Assembly: GCF_032444005.1 (NCBI RefSeq)
Contig: NC_091283.1
Span: 499,038,001 to 499,102,000, forward strand
DNA from: Ranitomeya imitator
Lineage: Eukaryota
Direction: 5' to 3'
DNA: 64,000 nucleotides
The first letter of the stretch is position 1. Every line of letters starts with the position of its first letter. Shown here piece after piece: positions 57,700 through 64,000 of the stretch. Below the pieces are notes generated by a model. The model had not been told where the DNA came from. It saw only the letters and a list, made by a program, of their open reading frames with translations, and made no database searches. A program made the translations under genes and the position numbers.

Positions 57700-58950
57700 G
57701 GGCATCATATTATGTGGGGTACATTGGGGGCAGTTATACTGTGAGGAGGTGTTGTGTGTCATAATACTGCATGTGAGGGCAATCATACTCTGTGTGGGGG
57801 TAATCATACTGTTTTGGTGGTTTTGGAGGCAATATCATTGTGTGATGATTATACTATGCCATCATACTATGTGAAGGGAACTGTGGGGAGCATAATAATG
57901 TATTTGGGGGTCTGCAGAGGCCATAATGCAGTGTGCGGGTCAAATATGGGCCATAAAACTGCATGTGAGTGACTGTACAGCTATCATACTGTGTTCATGG
58001 GAATCATGACTGGTGTGTTTGGGTGTGGGGAGGGAAGATTTTGAAGGCGTCATACTATGTTCTGTGGCAATGGGGGGCATTACACTTTGTGGGGGGCTGT
58101 GGGGCCTTCATACTGTAGGTGGGATAACTGTAGAAGCATAATACTGTGAGCGGGAACTGTAGGGACATTATACTGTGTTGGAGTACTGTGGGGGCATAAT
58201 ACTGAATGGGGACCGAAAATGTGTGTAGAGGAACTCTGGGGGCATCATACTGTTTAGTGGGCATTTTAGATACATCATAGTGTATTGGTGGTTATAAGGG
58301 CATGATACTGTGTTGTTGTGCACTATGGGGACTGTGTGTTGTTGTGCACTATGTATCAGACTGTGTTGGTAGTACTGTGGAAGCACGATGCAGTGTTTGG
58401 GGGAGCTGTGAGGGCATCACACTATGTGGTGGAGTGTGGGGGACATAGTACTGTGGAGTGCTATGAGAGCCATCATATTTTTTGCGCCATAGAGCTATGG
58501 AGGCAATCAAACTGTGTGGGAAGCTGTGGGGCATCATGTTGTGTGGGGTGCTGTGGGGACCATCATACCTTGTGAGAGGCACTATGGGTCAATCATACTG
58601 TAAGTGGGGTTTTTGAATGCTGTAACACTGAGTGTGGAGGTATGTGGGAGCCATCATACTTTGTGTGCTGGACTGTGGAACCATCATACTGTGTATGGGG
58701 AGGCTGTGGGGACATCATACTGTCTTGGGGATGTGTGGGAACCATTATACTGTGGGGGGATGTGATGGCATGATACTGTGTGGGGGCCTCATAAAGTGTG
58801 TTGTAGAACTGTGGGAACATCATACAGTATGGGCCCCCACATGGGCATCATTCTTTTTTGAGAGATTAATAGAAAACACTAGACTGTGATGGTGGGTACT
58901 GTTTGGGAGCATCATACTGTTCTGGAGGCACTATGGTAGCATTATACTTT
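57700..58950. repeat. Degenerate strand-biased repeat built on CATCATACTGTGTGGGGG-like units
   Basis: The motif CATCATACT(G/T)TG recurs many times with irregular spacing in G/T-rich sequence. Confidence 0.6.
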
Positions 58951-59100
58951 GTTTAACGTATTGTGGAGGCAAGTGTACTGTGTATGGGTGCTTTGAGTGC
59001 CTTCATTTTGTGTGAGTAGGACTCTGGAGGAAATATACCCTGTTGTGTTCTCATAATGTGTGTGGTGAAAATGTTTGGGGGAAGATTTTGTAGGTGCAAA

Positions 59101-61590
59101 TGTAAGGAGGAGAGCCAGACTCGGCGTGCTTCATCCGGGATGTATCCAGAACCACCGGTGCTGTCACCTGAGTTGCAGGGGGGAGAGTTTAGTTTCCTGA
59201 ACCGACCCTTGAACCCAAAGCAAGGGGGAGTGGGTAGGATAAAAGGGCGGCAGTGCACAGGAACGGTGGGAATTGCGGTGGGAAGTTGCAGAACGCAGAA
59301 GCTATGTGTTAAGCTCCCTGCGCAGGAGAAATTAGGCCCAAGCCATAGGGGCGTGCAGGTGACTGCTTACACTTGGCGTAGTGGGCAGGATGCAGTCTAC
59401 TAGTGTGGAGGGGGCAGACCAAGTTTCCGGAGAGCACCCCAGGTCTAGCATTTCCTTGGGGGCCATGTTAACCAACCTACCAAAGTTTAATGGAAACAAT
59501 ACCATGTTGTGTAACTGGATTGAGTGTATTAGGGGATGATGAGGAAATCCCTGTCTTCCGGAGTACTGTCAGGACGATGACAGCAATGCAGGATCCAGTA
59601 CAGACGGGCACATCGGGAAGTATTCCGAGGCAATCTCGTGATGAATGGGTTACTGTTGTGACCTCGGCTCCACTGGAAGTTTGATGGTTGACTATTTGAC
59701 GGTTGGACCAGCCTATCAGGGTTATGAACATTGCCTGGTAATAGTGGATCATTTCACCAAATTTGCGGTAATGACCCCGACCCGAGACCAAACTGCAGAG
59801 TTCGCGGTTTACGCCATCTGTAAAAATTTTATTCAAGTATACAGCTACCCGCAAAGGATACATTCGGACCAGGGAGCCTGTTTTCTGGGAAAAGTGATGG
59901 AATAACTGCATCGGTTGTTCCAGATCGAAAACTCACGGACGACTCCCTATCACCCTCAAGGGCCTGTGAAGGTTTCAACTGAACCCTCATTCAAATGCTG
60001 AGGACCCTGGAGGAAGATAGCAAGGCCCACTGGCCAGATTTTGTATCGGAACTGGTGTTGGTCTACAATAGCAGAGTCCATAGCACTACAGGGTACACAC
60101 CCTATATCCTACTCTTCGGTAGACCTGGCAAGGAAATTACCGAGCTGGAACTGAATCCGGAGGAGGACTCCCCGCGGATGGGGGAGTCCACCTGTATTCT
60201 GTCTTCATACACGTTGATACGGTGTGTGATCCGACATACGGCATAAACCACTAATGTCTCCCAAATAAGCAGACTGTTCTCTGTAGTCTAACTTGTTTAT
60301 TGGTAAACATGAGCGCGGTAAAACTATAAGAATACAAATGATTTGAGTAAGTATTGGGCAAATAATAACATGACTGCAACTAACAGGGAAAGCATACAGG
60401 ATGATGCAACTTCTATAATAACTACATACAGCAGGTAACTGAAATCACATTTCCTGTGTACTGGCTGCTATACAGTTAATCACACTCTGTACAACATTAC
60501 ATAGCAAGAACAGGGATAATGGTCTTACCGGATAATCTTAACCAGAATGGCAAGTAAGTGAGGTAGTTCAACACAGCAGATTAACACGTGTGTCCAGGGA
60601 AATACACAGAGAGAAAATGGAGTTTCCCCTTCCCATGATACCTTGGTGAATCCCAGAATGCAACACTCTAATAGTTACTGAAAAACACAGGTAATAAATG
60701 TAACCACCACTGGGTGGTGCTATAACACAGCAAAACCAAAACTATGGTATTAAACCTTTTTAAAGCTAGATACGAAACCTGACCTTCGCTAGAATGGGCA
60801 GAACAACCTGGGTATGTGAACATTGTCAACGGTTACAGACTTTACCCCATCTGTTGCAGACTAAGTTTCAAGAACTGGAACATCCCGAAGTGCCTCCACT
60901 ACGATGGACAACTCTGCAGTCTGGAGATCGGGTATTGGTGCGAGGCAAGACAAACTCGGCTATCGGTGGGAGGAAGCGCCACACCAGGTAGTGCATCAAG
61001 TCAACCCTGGAGGAATAGGTTATGTAGTTCGACCCGAAGACAGAGAAGACGAGTTTCGATCAACTGAGAGCCCTACCGTAATCCAAATTGAGGAAGAGGA
61101 GTATTCTGAATTGTTGCCTGCCAGTAGGAAAGGGAGAAGAGTGGACACCTGAGACTCCTGGGGCTCCTGTGATTCCAGATAGAGCTGTTTCACCTGTCCC
61201 CTGGACTCGGCAGAGACTCCTAGTTTACGACGTTCTGAATGATCCGCTGCATGAAAATATTCCAACCACTTTATCAAGAGTACTTCATCTGGCGACAGAT
61301 CGTGAAAGGAATAGGAGAATGCCAACACTTGCTCCAAGAACTCTTGCCCGTGGAATGGCGACCACAAAGGAAGGGGGAATGTAAGGAGGAGAGCCAGACT
61401 CGGCGTGCTTCATCTGGGATGGATCCAGAACCACTGATGCTGTCACCCGAGTTGCAGGGGGAAGAGTTTACTTTCCCGGACCGACCCTTGAACCCAAAGC
61501 AAGGGGGAGTAGTTAGGATAAAAGGGTGGCAGTGCACGGGAACGGCGGGAATTGCAGCTGGAAGTTGCAGAGCGCAGAAGCTAGGTGTTA
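59101..61590 (+). mobile_element. Internally deleted Ty3/Gypsy element related to 5782-14857 (LTR-PBS-gag 5'/integrase-PPT-LTR)
   Basis: LTR 59101-59371 (TGTAAGGAG...GCTTACA); tRNA-Ser PBS TGGCGTAGTGGGCAGGAT 59374-59391; gag start MQSTSVEG..LPKFNG; integrase DHFTKF..IHSDQG; PPT 61368-61379; 3' LTR from 61380, cut by a MITE. Confidence 0.88.
60195..60805 (-). mobile_element. Probable solo LTR (611 bp) inserted in the integrase 3' region
   Basis: 5-bp TSD ACCTG (60190-60194, 60806-60810). Ends TATTCTGTC / GGCAGAACA form an imperfect inverted repeat. AATAAA on the minus strand near 60300. Confidence 0.7.
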
Positions 61591-61591
61591 A

Positions 61592-63507
61592 GGTACCGTC
61601 ACACTGAACAACATTACAATGATAACGATAGCGATCCGTGATGTTGCAGCGTCCTGGATAGCGATATCGTTGTGTTTGACACACAGCAGCGATCAGGATC
61701 CTGCTGTGACATCGCTGGTCGTCGCTGAAAGTCCAGAACTTTATTTTGTCGCTGGATCACCCGCTGACATCGCTGGATCGGCGTGTGTGACACCGATCCA
61801 GCGATGTGTTCACTGGTAACCAGGGTAAATATCGGGTTACTAAGCGCAGGGCCGCGCTTAGTAACCCGATGTTTATGCAGCGCCCCAGAGACCTGGTCGT
61901 TGCAGTATGGCGCTCTGCCACTAAGGGGAGCAGCGGTACGTCTGATGGCATTAAGGGGTTCTCCTGACCAGGTATCACTAGAACACATTACACTTCACAC
62001 TCCGGCCACTAGGAGGAGAAAAAGGCTTTATTTATTGGGCCACTCCTCACACTGGTAAAACTAGGGGCTGGGGAGGAAGTTAGTCAGAAGCTGACTGGGT
62101 TGGAACCAGGCAACATCCCGTGGCGGGGGGTGTTGCGGGGAGAAGGCACAGGGGGGTCCCTGTCAGGTGTGGGAACCTGGCAGGTGCCTAGCGAACAGAA
62201 CAGAACGTAACGGAACCGCGCCTGCACACCCTGCGGCGGTATCCAGGAGAGAGACACGAAGGGAAGGATATTGTGGAACAGTGTAAACGAGATCAGCACA
62301 AAGGAGAGCCAGTAAGAGTCATGCCGAGAGAGAAAGGCAACATCTTACTGAGGCGCGTAGTCGGTGGCCGGATCACCGTAGGAGTAACTGACTTCAGGCC
62401 TTACTTCAAATTCCGCTGGACAGTTAATCATAGGTTGGCTGTCTAACTTCTACACCTACGAAGACATAGGGGGCAACATTGGGAGAGGGGCATCTCTAGG
62501 GTCCCGGAAGACCTCCAAGCCTTCCCGTCATACGGGTGGCGTCCTAGCCATAACATACCTGGGGGACGTTAGAAACTAGTAACATCTGGAACCAAAGAAC
62601 GAGAAAGAGAGCTGTAGAGAACGAACAAACGAGAACAGCAGTTGTGAGGACTATTCCGAGTGCTCAGCAGGGTAGGACTACAACACACAGACGCTATTGG
62701 TAGGCAACGATTTCCATCTGCGAAGGAAACTCTGGATGTGCCCATCGGACTGGTCGGTCTCTGAGAGCCCTGTTAAACGTACTCTGGATGGAGGATCTTG
62801 AAGCCTTCAGTAAAGAGGTAAAGACAACCTTGCAACCTTGTGTCCTCATTATTGCCTGCACCTCACACCATCACCATCCACCTTACTGGGAAGCCCTGGA
62901 GACATACTTCACCTGTGGGAAGGTATACCATCCAGCTGGCATTCCATCGCCCCAGCGGACCCCACAGCAGCGTCGGTCACCCTGACCGAACACCACAGGT
63001 GGCGTCACGAACCCCTGACAGACTGTACTATCACCTTTATTGGACGGGTCACGACCGGATCCAGCCACCATGACAACCGCATAACCGAGCAGAAAGGACC
63101 GGTACCGATTGACTTGTGGCCCTGTGTCTGGGGGCGCTCCATTTACCCTGGTTACCATTGTAAATAAAAAAAACACATACTCACATTCCGGTGCCTGTCA
63201 CGTCCCCCGGCGTCCGCTTCCCTGCACTCCTCCTGCATCCTGTGTCAGCGCCGGCCGGCCGGCCGTAAAGCAGAGCACAGCGGTGACGTCACCGCTCTGC
63301 TTTACGGCCGGCGCTTACACAGGATGCAGGGGGAGTGCAGGGAAGTGGACGCCGGTGGACGCGACAGACACCGGAATGTAAGTATGTGGGTTTTTTTTAC
63401 ATTTACAATGGTAACCAGGGTAAACATCGGGTTACTAAGCGTGCCCTTTGCTTAGTAACCCGATGTTTACCCTGGTTACCCGGCGACTTCGGCATCATTG
63501 GTCGCTC
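61592..63507. mobile_element. GGTACCGTCACAC-family MITE split by a solo LTR and cut by a CR1 LINE
   Basis: TTAA-GGTACCGTCACAC at 61588-61604. The palindrome is interrupted at 61875 and resumes at 63146. Confidence 0.88.
61876..63141 (+). mobile_element. Solo LTR (1266 bp), TGCAGCGCCCC...GGGGGCGCTCCA
   Basis: 4-bp TSD TTTA (61872-61875, 63142-63145). Confidence 0.9.
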
Positions 63508-64000
63508 ATAGTAACATAGTAACATAGTTAGTAAGGCCGAAAACAGACATTTGTCCATCCAGTTCAGCCTATATTCCATCATAATAAATCCCCAGATCTA
63601 CGTCCTTCTACAGAACCTAATAATTGTATGATACAATATTGTTCTGCTCCAGGAAGACATTCAGGCCTCTCTTGAACCCCTCGACTGAGTTCGCCATCAC
63701 CACCTCCTCAGGCAAGCAATTCCAGATTCTCACTGCCCTAACAGTAAAGAATCCTCTTCTATGTTGGTGGAAAAACCTTCTCTCCTCCAGACGCAAAGAA
63801 TGCCCCCTTGTGCCCGTCACTTTCCTTGGTATAAACAGATCTTCAGCGAGATATTTGTATTGTCCCCTTATATACTTATACATGGTTATTACATCGCCCC
63901 TCAGTCGTCTTTTTTCTAGACTAAATAATCCTAATTTCGCTAATCTATCTGGGTATTGTAGTTCTCCCATCCCCTTTATTAATTTTGTTGCCCTCCTTTG
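63508..64000 (-). mobile_element. CR1 LINE 3' end (ORF2 C-terminus and 8-bp terminal microsatellite), runs off the window
   Basis: ORF 63617-63970: LGLFSLEKRRLRGD..TRGHSLRL..FFTVRAVRIWNCLP. Terminal (CTATGTTA)n repeats. Confidence 0.92.

Overview
Vertebrate genomic DNA, inferred to be a frog (the repeat landscape resembles large-genome hyloid frogs; species cannot be confirmed without a search). The only host gene found is one complete 8-exon type I keratin on the + strand (CDS 33069-40674, 495 aa, Gly/Ser-rich head, TATA box and poly(A) signal). Most of the rest is nested transposable elements. These include an intact, apparently very young chromodomain-bearing Ty3/Gypsy element (16403-22090), three decayed Ty3/Gypsy elements, several solo LTRs, hAT, Tc1, piggyBac-type, Kolobok/T2-type and Harbinger-type DNA elements/MITEs, L2 and CR1 LINE fragments, V-SINEs and a foldback element. 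The most interesting signals are RNA-level. (1) Small insertions carry minimal type I hammerhead-ribozyme motifs of the Penelope-like/retrozyme kind, two of them with 10-11 bp target duplications. (2) Two unrelated LTR families share the same Tf1-type self-priming geometry with co-varying sequence. (3) A predicted intron would splice the primer-binding site out of the intact element's RNA. (4) A PEG10-like GGGAAAC slippery site is followed by an H-type pseudoknot. All coordinates were read by eye; repeat family assignments are pattern-based, not database-confirmed.
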